64,000 bases of DNA from Brachyspira sp. CAG:484. Lineage in GTDB: Bacteria; Cyanobacteriota; Vampirovibrionia; Gastranaerophilales; Gastranaerophilaceae. The stretch is taken from the NCBI GenBank assembly GCA_000431315.1, contig HF989717.1, positions 47,925-111,924 on the forward strand, in the 5' to 3' direction. Below the pieces are notes generated by a model, which did not search any database, was not told the origin of the DNA, and saw only the letters and a list, made by a program, of their open reading frames with translations. Within the stretch, counting starts at the first letter, position 1. Each line of letters starts with the position of its first letter. Shown here one piece after another: positions 19,126-28,964 of this stretch. A program made the position numbers and the translations under genes.

Positions 19126-20094
19126 ATGCTTGTACCTATTTTTGAATTATTTTATGAAAAAAAGAATATAACAAAAGACGTTTCCCCGTATGTTACCTCT
19201 ATCGAATACACAGATGTTGAACATGGAGAGTCTGACGAGCTTCAGATAACATTTGAGGATTCTGAAAAACTCTGGCAGGGAGCTTGGATTCCAACAAAGG
19301 GCGATAGTTTGCGTGCATATATCGGTTACGAAGCGGAAAAACTATTGAATTGCGGAGTTTTTGAAATTGATGAACTGGAATACGATACTCCGCCGGATGT
19401 TATTACAGTAAAAGGTCTTGCCACCGGCATTAAAAAGCCTTTAAGACAAAAGAACTCTGTCGGATATGAAAATAAAACTCTGAAACAAATCGCAAAAGAA
19501 ATTGCCGATAAACATGGATATACATTAGTCGGAGAAGTTGCAGATATTCGTGTTGATAGAATTACTCAAAATAAAGAACGTGATTTGACATTCCTTACTA
19601 AACTTGCGGAGGAATACGGCTACATCTTCAAAATTGCTGAAAACAACCTTGTATTCTATGATGTGCAAAAACTCAAAGGTGCGAAATCAACACAGATATT
19701 TTATAAATCCGATTTGCTGCATATAAATCTCAGAGAAAAAACTTCTCAAAAATATAAAGCTGTTCAAGTTACTTATTTCAGCCCGAAAAAGAAAAAGGCA
19801 GTTAAAGCAACAGCAAGAAATGAAAATGTCAAAAAAGGTGATACTTTAAAAATTACCGTTCGTTGTTCAGATAGAAAGCAAGCTATTGCGAAAGCAAAAG
19901 CAGCATTAAACACTGCTGATGATAAAATTGAAGGCTCACTAGAATTTACAGGAAATCCGTATTTGATTGCCGGTTCAAACATTGAACTAAAGGGAGTCGG
20001 ACATTTTTCAGGTAAATACCACATTAAGCAAGCCAGACATGTAATCGATAGGGCAAGCGGTTATAAAACTTATTGTGAGGTTGAATCGTGTTAA
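19126..20094 (+). CDS. phage late control D-like tail protein (P2 gpD / Mu P)
   Basis: 322 aa, N-terminus LVPIFELFYEKKNITKDVSPYVTSIEYTD typical of gpD. Confidence 0.65.
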   Translation: MLVPIFELFYEKKNITKDVSPYVTSIEYTDVEHGESDELQITFEDSEKLWQGAWIPTKGDSLRAYIGYEAEKLLNCGVFEIDELEYDTPPDVITVKGLATGIKKPLRQKNSVGYENKTLKQIAKEIADKHGYTLVGEVADIRVDRITQNKERDLTFLTKLAEEYGYIFKIAENNLVFYDVQKLKGAKSTQIFYKSDLLHINLREKTSQKYKAVQVTYFSPKKKKAVKATARNENVKKGDTLKITVRCSDRKQAIAKAKAALNTADDKIEGSLEFTGNPYLIAGSNIELKGVGHFSGKYHIKQARHVIDRASGYKTYCEVESC

Positions 20095-20597
20095 GGTTTG
20101 GAATTGTATCACAAATTGATCCAATAAATGTTCAGGCTCGTGTAAGTTTTGAAGATGATGAGTCAACATCTTTTTGGCTTCCTGTTCTTCAAACAAAAAC
20201 ATTGAAAGACAAGTTTTACGCAATGCCGGATATCGGGGAGCAAGTCGCCTGCCTTATGGATGAAAATTCTGAGGATGGAGTAATTCTCGGAGCAATTTAT
20301 TCTACTGAAGATGTTTCAACCACGCAAAGTGAAAAACAATTATCTGTAAACCTTGAAGACGGCTCATATATAAATGCTGATAAAGAAAATCATACTCTCA
20401 TCGTTGCTTTTTCAAAAATGAAATTAATCGGGAACATAGAACACGAGGGAACTTTCACAAACACAGCAGGAATAAAATCAAATGCGGATATTACGGATAA
20501 AACCTCATCAATGCAAGCAATGAGAGATGTTTACAATTCACACACGCACACAGGAAACCAAGGAAAAGCAACTTCTGCACCTAATAAAACAATGTAA
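20088..20597 (+). CDS. baseplate assembly protein V (spike)
   Basis: GIVSQIDPINVQARV...DIGEQVACL matches gpV N-terminal OB-fold family. Confidence 0.6.
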   Translation: MLRFGIVSQIDPINVQARVSFEDDESTSFWLPVLQTKTLKDKFYAMPDIGEQVACLMDENSEDGVILGAIYSTEDVSTTQSEKQLSVNLEDGSYINADKENHTLIVAFSKMKLIGNIEHEGTFTNTAGIKSNADITDKTSSMQAMRDVYNSHTHTGNQGKATSAPNKTM

Positions 20598-20792
20598 TCA
20601 ATCATCAAGATGACGACAGAAGAGCCAATAAATAAGCCCAATAAAAGGGCAAACATACATTCCAACAGTAATTTGAGACTGAACCCTCCTAACCATCATT
20701 GGATTTGGACTTGTACTCAGTTGATAAAAAATTATTGAAGCAATAATCCCCAAAACAGTAAAAACAATTAACTTTATAGTCGATTTTTTCAT
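20598..20792 (-). CDS. small two-TM membrane protein (uncertain ORF)
   Basis: 64 aa ORF on opposite strand in the gpV-gpW gap; two hydrophobic segments. Confidence 0.2.
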   Translation of the reverse strand: MKKSTIKLIVFTVLGIIASIIFYQLSTSPNPMMVRRVQSQITVGMYVCPFIGLIYWLFCRHLDD

Positions 20793-20812
20793 AACAAAAT
20801 ACTACCACAAAT

Positions 20813-21184
20813 ATGACAAATTTAAATGAAATCACCTACATTGACTGGCAATTAAAGCTCAACACAATCGGCGGAGTTGCCGAGGGTGCTGAAGATATTA
20901 ACCAGTGCATCGCAATTATACTTCTAACTAAAAAAGGCTCTGTGCCTCATCGCCCGACATTTGGCTCGGATATATATAAATACATTGATTACCCCATAAA
21001 CGAAGCAACTCCAAATATTGTACGTGAGGCTACAGATGCAATCACTATGTGGGAAACCCGCATAAAAATAAATTCTATTGTGGTCGAAATAGAAGAATCC
21101 ACTTTAACCGTAAAAGTCGAATGGACTTTGAAAGATTCAAACGCTACAGGAACAGCCGAGGTTAAATATGACACAACTGCCTGA
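20813..21184 (+). CDS. baseplate wedge protein (GPW / gp25-like)
   Basis: LKLNTIGGVAEGAEDINQCIAIILLTKKGSVPHRPTFGSDI matches GPW_gp25. Confidence 0.7.
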   Translation: MTNLNEITYIDWQLKLNTIGGVAEGAEDINQCIAIILLTKKGSVPHRPTFGSDIYKYIDYPINEATPNIVREATDAITMWETRIKINSIVVEIEESTLTVKVEWTLKDSNATGTAEVKYDTTA

Positions 21185-22277
21185 ACCTAATTTTATTGAA
21201 CGTGATCCCGATGTTGTTACAAAAGAATGGATTGCCGCTTATGAAGAAAAAAGCGGCAAGGTACTTCAACCTGCACAAATTGAACGTTTAATGATTGATG
21301 TAGGAGCTTATCGTGAAACTGTTTTAAGAATGAAAATTCAGGAAACTGCGAAACAAAATCTTTTGAGTTATGCACCGTTAGAAGTTTTGGAACATATAGG
21401 CGAACCTTTTGGAGTAACCAAACTTCTTGCGAATTATTCCCATACAACCTTAAAATTTTCAGTTGACGAGGCATTGGATTTTGATTTTAAGATTGATGCA
21501 GGGTGTGAAGTTGAAACTAAAGACGGCTTATTCATATTCCAAACAACTGAAGCGGTTACGTTAAAAGCCGGAGAAACTTCAATTACAGCAGAGGCTATAT
21601 GTGAAACCCCGGGAAGTGCATCTAATAACTACACGATTGGCTCAATAAATAACCTTATAACTCCACTAAGTTACATCTCAACCGTTGAAAACATAACTAT
21701 TTCAAGCGGAGGAGTGGATGATGAAACTGCTGATAGTTTAAGAGAACGCATACGGCAATCTCCTGAACAATTTTCAAATGCGGGCAGTAAAGGGGCATAT
21801 CGTTTTCATACTTTATCTGCTCACCAATCAATAATAGACGTTGCAATAACTTCTCCAAGTCCGGGAATTGTGAATGTTTATCCTTTGACTAAGGACGGAA
21901 ATCCTACAGAAGAAATTTTACAAATTGTCAGAAATTACTTGAGTGATAGTAAAATCCGCCCTCTTACTGACTGTGTAAAAGTAATTTCTGCTGAGAATGT
22001 TGATTTTTCAATAAAGGCAAACATTATTCTATATATTGATGCGGATTCGGCTACTGTTAAAAATACTATTGATGCCAAAATGCGTGAGTATAAGGTCTCT
22101 TTATCTGAAAAATTAGGAAAAAATGTTGTTCAGACGCAGATCATATCTATATTAAACACCATTTACGGGGTATTCAAAGTTGAACTTGAAACTCCGAAAG
22201 ATATAGATATCAAGGAATATCAATGGGCAAATTTGATAAATTATGACATAACAATCGGAGGATATGCTGATGAGTAG
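21168..22277 (+). CDS. baseplate J-like protein
   Basis: 369 aa following gpW; Baseplate_J-like. Confidence 0.65.
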   Translation: MTQLPEPNFIERDPDVVTKEWIAAYEEKSGKVLQPAQIERLMIDVGAYRETVLRMKIQETAKQNLLSYAPLEVLEHIGEPFGVTKLLANYSHTTLKFSVDEALDFDFKIDAGCEVETKDGLFIFQTTEAVTLKAGETSITAEAICETPGSASNNYTIGSINNLITPLSYISTVENITISSGGVDDETADSLRERIRQSPEQFSNAGSKGAYRFHTLSAHQSIIDVAITSPSPGIVNVYPLTKDGNPTEEILQIVRNYLSDSKIRPLTDCVKVISAENVDFSIKANIILYIDADSATVKNTIDAKMREYKVSLSEKLGKNVVQTQIISILNTIYGVFKVELETPKDIDIKEYQWANLINYDITIGGYADE

Positions 22278-22914
22278 CGAATTTTGGCAAGAGTGGAGCG
22301 AAGCGGAACTCGCCCCTGTGAACAACCTGACGAAGCGGAGCAATTCAACAGAATTGCAAAGCGAAGTACAAAGGTTGAGAACCGCCAATAATTCAAGAAA
22401 TTTGGCACCGATTGATGATATTAATTTAAAGATTTTTGATGAAATTTGTGAAGAACGCTACGCAAAACTAAAACTGGATGTTTTAAATTTGACAAACATT
22501 GATACAATTCCGTCAGATGTTCTGCCTCATTTAGCAGAACAGTATCATATAACCGGCGATGAAGGATGGATTTTTTGTAAAACGGAAGCGGAAAAGCGTG
22601 CATTATTGAAGAATGCAATTCAATTACATAAATATCGTGGTACTAAATACGCAATTATAAGTGCACTTGAAGTTTTAGATTTGAGGGCAGATATTGCGGA
22701 GTGGTTTGAATATAACGGAGAACCATTTTTCTTTAAAGTTTTTGTAGATTTAGAAACAAGTTATGAGTCGGACTTGGAAACACGCATTGTAAACATAATC
22801 AATGCACATAAAAATGTTCGTTCATGGCTAGAAAAACTTACAATTTATCTCACACAAACAGCAGTTTTACCAATAGCAAGTTATATTTTGACAAGCGAGG
22901 AGGTTACAATATGA
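22264..22914 (+). CDS. phage tail protein I-like
   Basis: 216 aa following gpJ, overlapping start. Confidence 0.5.
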   Translation: MLMSSEFWQEWSEAELAPVNNLTKRSNSTELQSEVQRLRTANNSRNLAPIDDINLKIFDEICEERYAKLKLDVLNLTNIDTIPSDVLPHLAEQYHITGDEGWIFCKTEAEKRALLKNAIQLHKYRGTKYAIISALEVLDLRADIAEWFEYNGEPFFFKVFVDLETSYESDLETRIVNIINAHKNVRSWLEKLTIYLTQTAVLPIASYILTSEEVTI

Positions 22915-23603
22915 CTTCTTCTGTTGAGGAAATGAAGTTTAATTCAATAATTACAGATATAGGTTTTGAGAAGATAAATGCGGCTTTGATAGCCGGAACG
23001 AAATTAGACTTAAAATACATTGCTGTCGGTGATGCTTGCGGCGAATATTACGAAATGCGTCAGGATCAGACAGCATTGGTTAATGAGATTTATCGGGCAG
23101 AAACTCAGGAAGTTGACGGAGTTTCTGCAACGGCTCTAATACCGCATAATATTGGTGGATTTTATATCAGAGAAGTCGGTGTTTTTGATAGTTTAAATAA
23201 TTTAATTTTAATTGCAAGACAGCCATTAACTTATAAACCGCAGGAGGAACAGGGCGGAATTAAAGATATATGGATTAAGGTGAGATTAAAAGGGATAAAT
23301 CCCGATGCCATACAAATAAAAATTGATCCAAGCATCCAGTATGCTTCAGTAGAATTTGTAACAGATTTAATTAAAAATCATCAACACCCTGATTTAATGC
23401 CGATTTGGTTATATGACACAAACGGCAATGGAGTTGTTGATTCTTGTGAATTTGTTGATGGCGGACTATTTACGGACAAAGGAGAGATTGAAATTCCGCA
23501 GCCTCCTGTTCTTCCTGATTTGATAATGAACACAAGTATTTACGATAAAAACCAGAACGGTATTGTTGATGATGCTGAAAATATTGATGCAGGTGAATTT
23601 TAG
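22911..23603 (+). CDS. tail fiber protein, N-terminal (P2 gpH-like) domain with two EF-hand-like loops
   Basis: ITDIGFEKINAALIAG...IAVGDA...GGFYIREVGVFD matches gpH N-terminal domain; DTNGNGVVDSCE and DKNQNGIVDDAE are canonical 12-residue EF-hand loops; start at ATGA overlap with strong RBS. Confidence 0.55.
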   Translation: MTSSVEEMKFNSIITDIGFEKINAALIAGTKLDLKYIAVGDACGEYYEMRQDQTALVNEIYRAETQEVDGVSATALIPHNIGGFYIREVGVFDSLNNLILIARQPLTYKPQEEQGGIKDIWIKVRLKGINPDAIQIKIDPSIQYASVEFVTDLIKNHQHPDLMPIWLYDTNGNGVVDSCEFVDGGLFTDKGEIEIPQPPVLPDLIMNTSIYDKNQNGIVDDAENIDAGEF

Positions 23604-23623
23604 AAACAAAAGGAGATTTATTT

Positions 23624-24307
23624 ATGGGAACAATTCAGATTAAACGTGGACTTAAAGCAAATTTGCCGAGTGAAGCTCCGGCAGGTGCACTTTTATACAC
23701 AACAGATGAAAAGAAATTTTATATAGGCAACGGTGAAGGAAAAGCTCTAACGGCTTTTGATAACGCCCAACAGCTTGCGGAGTATCTTGCAACAAAATCA
23801 GATGTAGGTCATACACATACTTCAGCCAACGTAACGGATTTTGCAACAGCAGTGGATAACAGAATTGCATTACAAAGAGGACAGAATAACGGACTTGCAT
23901 CATTGGATGGTAACGGAAAAATTCCCACAACACAAATTCCTTCTGTATTTAAGGATGCTTATGTTGTAGATGATATTGCTGCACGTGATGCATTAGAAAA
24001 ATTTTCAGGTTTACATGCTCTTGTAATTGATGCAACGGCAGACGAAACCGTTGAAACTGGCGGGGCAGAATATGTTTGTGATGGTACACAGTGGATAAAA
24101 ATATCCGAATTAAAGGATTTGGATATGGTAATTGACTGGGAAAATATTCAGGGCAGACCTTTTGTTCCGCAAAATTTTACGGATTTGGCAGATTGTCCGG
24201 GGGAACTTACAGGAAATAAAGGAAAAATCCTTGTTGTAAATGAAGCTGAAGATGGGCTTGAATTTACAACAGTTTATATGGGAGATGTTGATGGAGGAAC
24301 ATTTTAA
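23624..24307 (+). CDS. tail fiber / receptor-binding protein (paralog A)
   Basis: N-terminal IQIKRGLKANLPSEAPAGALLYTTDEKKFYIGNG motif common to prophage tail fibers. Confidence 0.45.
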   Translation: MGTIQIKRGLKANLPSEAPAGALLYTTDEKKFYIGNGEGKALTAFDNAQQLAEYLATKSDVGHTHTSANVTDFATAVDNRIALQRGQNNGLASLDGNGKIPTTQIPSVFKDAYVVDDIAARDALEKFSGLHALVIDATADETVETGGAEYVCDGTQWIKISELKDLDMVIDWENIQGRPFVPQNFTDLADCPGELTGNKGKILVVNEAEDGLEFTTVYMGDVDGGTF

Positions 24308-24789
24308 TGCCGACTAATATACGAATTCGGCGTGGTAATAAAGCCGATTTACCCGCCTCTGCTCCCTCCGGTATGCCGCTTTGGTGTGAAGATACAAAAG
24401 AATTATTCATGGGGACTGGGACTTCTGTTGTTAATCCTACAACCGTAAATACTGATTTTGTAAAAAATATTGTATCACAAGTTTTAGGTCAGGGTGTTAG
24501 TTTGCAGGGAAACGGATATCTTAAAATTCCTGTTACCAGTGGTAAATCAGTTATTATTCAATGGGGATGTGCAACAGGTTTTGGCATGGGGACATCTAGA
24601 GATATTTACTTCCCTATTGCATTTCCTACAACCTGTGGAGCACTTGCAATAGCAGCCGGATATTATCAGGGAGCAGGTAATAAAGGTTCAACCGCTCAAG
24701 TTTACAGAGTTGCGGCTAACAGATTCCATATTACCAGTAGATTTGAACAGGGAAGTGCAAATATAGACTGGATTGCCATTGGTTGGTAA
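24307..24789 (+). CDS. tail fiber / receptor-binding protein (paralog B) with gp53-like C-terminal domain
   Basis: Same N-terminal motif (IRIRRGNKADLPASAPSGMPLW...); C-terminal IIQWGCATGFGMG...IAFPTTC pattern. Confidence 0.45.
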   Translation: MPTNIRIRRGNKADLPASAPSGMPLWCEDTKELFMGTGTSVVNPTTVNTDFVKNIVSQVLGQGVSLQGNGYLKIPVTSGKSVIIQWGCATGFGMGTSRDIYFPIAFPTTCGALAIAAGYYQGAGNKGSTAQVYRVAANRFHITSRFEQGSANIDWIAIGW

Positions 24790-24802
24790 TGAAAGGAGTT
24801 TT

Positions 24803-25240
24803 ATGAAATATTTCGGATTTAAAGAAAATGTAGGCTACGGGTTTTATGACGAAAATTTTGACGGAGCAATTCAACTATCCGATGAGGAATGGCAAACCCT
24901 TTTAACTGAACAATCAGCCGGAAAAGATATTGTAATGTTTGGCGGTGAAGTTTTTGCCTCTGAGCCAAATTTGTATTATTTAGACTCAAACGGAGTTTAC
25001 CAAAAATATTCAAGTGAAGAGTTACAGGAACTTGCAGAAATAAATCAGGTTGTAACAACAACTAATACCGCACTTAATTTTTTAAATGATACGGATTGGA
25101 AAGTAACACGACACAGGGATCAGCAGGCTCAAGGAATAGAAACATCATTGACGGAAGAAGAGTATCAACAGTTGCTTGTTGACCGTCAAAATGCAAGAGA
25201 TTCAGTAATAAGAGGAGAAAAATATGGCAACCTTGAATAA
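24803..25240 (+). CDS. tail fiber assembly chaperone-like protein
   Basis: C-terminal DTDWKVTRHRDQQAQGIETSLTEEEYQQLLVDRQNARDSV resembles Caudo_TAP family; start at MKYFGF with AAAGGAG RBS. Confidence 0.45.
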   Translation: MKYFGFKENVGYGFYDENFDGAIQLSDEEWQTLLTEQSAGKDIVMFGGEVFASEPNLYYLDSNGVYQKYSSEELQELAEINQVVTTTNTALNFLNDTDWKVTRHRDQQAQGIETSLTEEEYQQLLVDRQNARDSVIRGEKYGNLE

Positions 25241-25781
25241 AATTTGCCTGCACTGGACAGCAGGTTCTAATTATCCCTGTAAGGATGATTTGGCAGCATA
25301 CCATTATTGCGTGGATAAATACGGCAGAATTTATGCAGGAAAACATAAGCCTGAAGATAACCTGAACTGCTATGATGGTAATTATGCAATGCACTGCGGA
25401 GGCGGAAATACCGGCTGTATCGGTTTGTCTGTCTGCGGAATGGCTGGTTTTACGACAGATAAAAAACAGACAAAATATCCGCTTACTCAAAAACAGATTG
25501 AATCATTATGCTGCCTTGCAGGGTATTTATCTGTAAAATACGGAATTTTAATTACTGACAAACTGGTATTTACCCATTATGAGTTCGACCAAAGACGAGC
25601 CAAAAACAAACGTGAAGGCAAGATAGATATTACTTATCTTCACTACTTGCCGCATTTATCCCCGAATAGTGTCGGTAAATATCTCAGACAAAAAATATCC
25701 TGGTACAGAACCAAGATAAAAACCAACAAATACAAGTTTATTAAGAAAGGAGACTACTATGAGTTTATTCTCGTGGCTTAA
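25224..25781 (+). CDS. N-acetylmuramoyl-L-alanine amidase (Amidase_2 / PGRP-like endolysin)
   Basis: ICLHWTAGSNY...YHYCVDKYGRIY...MHCGGGNTGCIGLSVCG typical of amidase_2 zinc amidase. Confidence 0.65.
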   Translation: MATLNKICLHWTAGSNYPCKDDLAAYHYCVDKYGRIYAGKHKPEDNLNCYDGNYAMHCGGGNTGCIGLSVCGMAGFTTDKKQTKYPLTQKQIESLCCLAGYLSVKYGILITDKLVFTHYEFDQRRAKNKREGKIDITYLHYLPHLSPNSVGKYLRQKISWYRTKIKTNKYKFIKKGDYYEFILVA

Positions 25782-26049
25782 AGACTGGAAAGTCTTGAAT
25801 GAACTGTGGGATGCCATTGAACCTTTTGTAATTAATCTTGCGGAAAAGAATGTTCCCAAGTATATTACAAAACTCTATGAAAATCTCGCAAAAGTGACAC
25901 AGCCGGCTCTTGGCAGTTTGAAAAAACTGAAAGAAAAGATTAAAACTTCTCCGAATGCTCTGGACGATTATTGTTTTAATCAGGGTGTGAACGCTATTGA
26001 AACATTTGCCAATCACCTTTTGACCGTAGTTGCGGATTTGAGGAAATAA
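25759..26049 (+). CDS. hypothetical protein
   Basis: ORF only. Confidence 0.25.
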   Translation: MSLFSWLKDWKVLNELWDAIEPFVINLAEKNVPKYITKLYENLAKVTQPALGSLKKLKEKIKTSPNALDDYCFNQGVNAIETFANHLLTVVADLRK

Positions 26050-26053
26050 GCAG

Positions 26054-26296
26054 ATGTGGTTTTCTGCAATAATTAAATCTTTATGTGACTGTATCTCGCA
26101 AATTGCGAGGTACGGTCAGACAAAGATTGAAAATCAGGAGGCATCCTCAATTATTCAGGACAAGGAAGATTTGGAAAAAGCCGGCAATTATGCAGAGCAG
26201 ATTATTGAAATTGCTCAGAAGTATAAATCTTCAATGTCTAAAAAGGATCAGCGAAAACTGAAATCATTAATTAAAAAATTTAATAAGGTGGATTGA
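26054..26296 (+). CDS. hypothetical protein
   Basis: ORF only. Confidence 0.25.
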   Translation: MWFSAIIKSLCDCISQIARYGQTKIENQEASSIIQDKEDLEKAGNYAEQIIEIAQKYKSSMSKKDQRKLKSLIKKFNKVD

Positions 26297-26922
26297 ATAT
26301 GTCTTGGAGAGATTTATTAAACGTACAAAATGTTGAAAAAGGTTTCTTTGCTTCCTCCAATTCCTATGGCATACCCGATATTATTCCGGATGAGTTTGAT
26401 GTAAAAGAGCTCATCCCTTATCGGGTAGATTCCAACAGAAACGGAACGGCACACTTTTTCTTAGATGATTACAGGTTTGAGAGATGTTGGAAAAATGCCG
26501 ATTCTCAAATAGAAGAGTTGAAAAAATATGAAGGAGTTTTATCTCCGGATTTTTCAATGTACACAAATTACCCTGAAGCATTCCAAATTTGGCAGGTTTA
26601 CAGAAACCGCTGGTGTGCCGCTTACTGGCAAAGCAAAGGAATAAAAGTTATTCCAACAATCAGTTGGTCTGATGAAGCCAGTTATAAATATGCATTCTTG
26701 GGTATTCCTAAAAATTCTGTTGTTGCAATCGGTACAGTCGGAGTTGTTAATAACAAAAACGCAGAAAGACTCTTTATGCAGGGCTTTAAAGAAATGTTAA
26801 AACAACTTGAACCCAAGCGTATTTTGATTTACGGAAACAGACTGACCGAACTTGAGGGATACAAAAATCTTCAATGGTTCGAACCTTACACAAATAAATG
26901 GAATAAAAAGAAAGGCAGGTAA
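26293..26922 (+). CDS. DUF4417-like protein
   Basis: GTAHFFLDDYRFERCW motif resembles DUF4417. Confidence 0.4.
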   Translation: MNMSWRDLLNVQNVEKGFFASSNSYGIPDIIPDEFDVKELIPYRVDSNRNGTAHFFLDDYRFERCWKNADSQIEELKKYEGVLSPDFSMYTNYPEAFQIWQVYRNRWCAAYWQSKGIKVIPTISWSDEASYKYAFLGIPKNSVVAIGTVGVVNNKNAERLFMQGFKEMLKQLEPKRILIYGNRLTELEGYKNLQWFEPYTNKWNKKKGR

Positions 26923-26924
26923 AA

Positions 26925-27566
26925 ATGGGCGGTCGAGGATCCGGAGGAAGTAAAAATGGAGGCGGTGCTGCCTCAAGAAATATCGGAGAAGGTATAACAG
27001 ATAAAGACGAGCTTATTAGATTGTATAACAGCATTTCGGGAAATCCCGCTTATACAACTGAAGAAAGAGTACGAGCCATGGAGTCTATCAAAAAAAGAAT
27101 TGATGAACTTGATGCTAAAAAAGCCGCAGATTTAAAACAAAAACGTCTTGATGCTTTAGCCAAGGCTCGTGCTAAACGTGCGGAAAACCTCAAAAACGGT
27201 GTTAAAACAGAAAAGAAACCTCGTGCTAAAAAGGCAAAAATGTCTATGGACAGCACAGTTTCTAATTTGAAAGATGAATTAATAAATAAAGTTTCAACTG
27301 ATGGATACATTCGCCGAAGTGACTTTAGAGTTGAAGATTATGGAGATTTCATAAATGTTTCGGTTCGAAGTCTTGGCAAATGGAAAAATCCTTCTGATGC
27401 AAGAGATGAGGAAGATTATGATTGGCAAGTTCTGCATAAATCAAGTCGTTCTCAAATCGATAAAGTAGTTAAACGAATATCCAGACAATCCGGCAGAAAA
27501 CTTTCTTGGTCGCAAGAAGAGAAAAATTGGATTGGTGTAGATATTCCAAAAATGAAAGGAGATTAA
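26925..27566 (+). CDS. hypothetical protein with Gly-rich N-terminus (paralog 1)
   Basis: Starts MGGRGSGGSKNGGG, followed by basic helical region. Confidence 0.3.
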   Translation: MGGRGSGGSKNGGGAASRNIGEGITDKDELIRLYNSISGNPAYTTEERVRAMESIKKRIDELDAKKAADLKQKRLDALAKARAKRAENLKNGVKTEKKPRAKKAKMSMDSTVSNLKDELINKVSTDGYIRRSDFRVEDYGDFINVSVRSLGKWKNPSDARDEEDYDWQVLHKSSRSQIDKVVKRISRQSGRKLSWSQEEKNWIGVDIPKMKGD

Positions 27567-27569
27567 TAT

Positions 27570-27974
27570 ATGGGAGGACGTGGCTCAGGTGGAAGTCGTG
27601 GCGGTGGTGGAGGTAGTGCCAACACATCTTTAAAAAATCTATTAAATACATATGAGAATGATAATGACACATTTAGACAAAAATTTATGGATAAATACCA
27701 TGCAATGTCAGATGAAGAATTAAACAAAGCATACCGAACGACTCAAAATCAAATGAATCGTGCCAGAAGAAAATATGATTCCGAATTAGAAAAGTTTAAT
27801 TCAATTAGAAAAACATTTGCAGAAACACCCGAAAATGATAAGAATTTTCCTAAAATATCTGCTGAATTTGATAACCAAATAGCAATAGTCCAAAATGCAC
27901 GATTGCACTCTAATATGCGTTCACAAATTCACTATATTGCATTAAATGAGAAAAGAAATATTCGGAAGCAGTAA
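27570..27974 (+). CDS. hypothetical protein with Gly-rich N-terminus (paralog 2)
   Basis: Starts MGGRGSGGSRGGGGG; adjacent paralog of previous. Confidence 0.3.
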   Translation: MGGRGSGGSRGGGGGSANTSLKNLLNTYENDNDTFRQKFMDKYHAMSDEELNKAYRTTQNQMNRARRKYDSELEKFNSIRKTFAETPENDKNFPKISAEFDNQIAIVQNARLHSNMRSQIHYIALNEKRNIRKQ

Positions 27975-28068
27975 TTGTGTCTGAATGATACGGAATTGGG
28001 AGCAATGACTTCCAATTCTTTCTCTTCAGAGCGATGAATGTGGTTGTTAATAAATAAAGGAGGTCAAT
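27975..28068 (+). repeat. conserved intergenic element, copy 1 of 4 (stop-to-start)
   Basis: TTGTGTCTGAATGATACGG...AATGACTT...TTCAGAGCGATGAATGTG...AAGGAGG, then ATG. Confidence 0.7.
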
Positions 28069-28881
28069 ATGACAGAAACAATCACAGCAACTGAAGTTTT
28101 AAAAAGCAAACAAAACTTCTCAGATTACATTGAACAAAATGCAGATACGGTAATCAAAAATTTACTAAAAGATTATCCGCCTCGACCGTTACAAATTATT
28201 TATCCGCAACTTACACAAAGTTCAGAAGGATTAATTGAAATTGTAAATCAACTATATGGAAAACAAAAAACGTATATCTTCTGGTTTATTGTGAATGAAA
28301 AAGAAAACTTACAAGAAACCGCTTTAAAGTTAAATTTTTATTTTGATAAAAATTACTGCGGTATATTTATTATTAAAGCAGTTTTGAACGAGGATAAAAT
28401 AGAATTTGAACCCGTTTTGAAACCCGAACTCGTTGTTAAGCAAAAACGAGAAGTAAATACAAATACACCATCAAAACAGTTACAAAAGAAATATTGGGAC
28501 AAATATATTGAACTTTGTGATGCAAGCGAATACCCCGAAATGCAAATAAGCGAGGCTTTACCGAGACATTATCAATATATCTCAATAGGAAAAGCCGGCA
28601 TTCAAATTTTACAAACGATCAATACCGCTAAAAATTATGTTGCATCTGAGATTGCAATCAATAACAATAAGTCAATTTATGAATTTTTCTTTGACTTAAA
28701 AGATAAGATAGAGGAAGAAGTCGGAAAGTTGGAGTGGTATTGTAAAGAGAACAACAAGTCCGCAAAAATAAGAAAAGTCTTTGAAATTGACGTCAATAAT
28801 CCGGAAAACCACGAAAAAGCAATATTAGAACAAGTAAAAATGGGGGCAGAGTTGAAAGCCATCGTTTATAAATATCTATAA
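28069..28881 (+). CDS. hypothetical protein (possible DUF4268-like C-terminus)
   Basis: 270 aa ORF preceded by repeat element; followed by terminator. Confidence 0.3.
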   Translation: MTETITATEVLKSKQNFSDYIEQNADTVIKNLLKDYPPRPLQIIYPQLTQSSEGLIEIVNQLYGKQKTYIFWFIVNEKENLQETALKLNFYFDKNYCGIFIIKAVLNEDKIEFEPVLKPELVVKQKREVNTNTPSKQLQKKYWDKYIELCDASEYPEMQISEALPRHYQYISIGKAGIQILQTINTAKNYVASEIAINNNKSIYEFFFDLKDKIEEEVGKLEWYCKENNKSAKIRKVFEIDVNNPENHEKAILEQVKMGAELKAIVYKYL

Positions 28882-28883
28882 CT

Positions 28884-28910
28884 AAGGGGGAGATATTCTC
28901 CCCCTTTATA
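28884..28910 (+). terminator. rho-independent terminator
   Basis: AAGGGGGAGATATTCTCCCCCTTT hairpin plus T-run. Confidence 0.6.
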
Positions 28911-28964
28911 AATAACCCCAATCGGGTAATAGACACATGAATAATAAAGGAATAGGATTGAACT

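Noticed and set aside
22911-24789. Diversity-generating retroelement targeting the tail fiber (Mtd-like N-terminal motif)
   Set aside because: No reverse transcriptase ORF and no template/variable repeat pair seen in or near the fiber genes.
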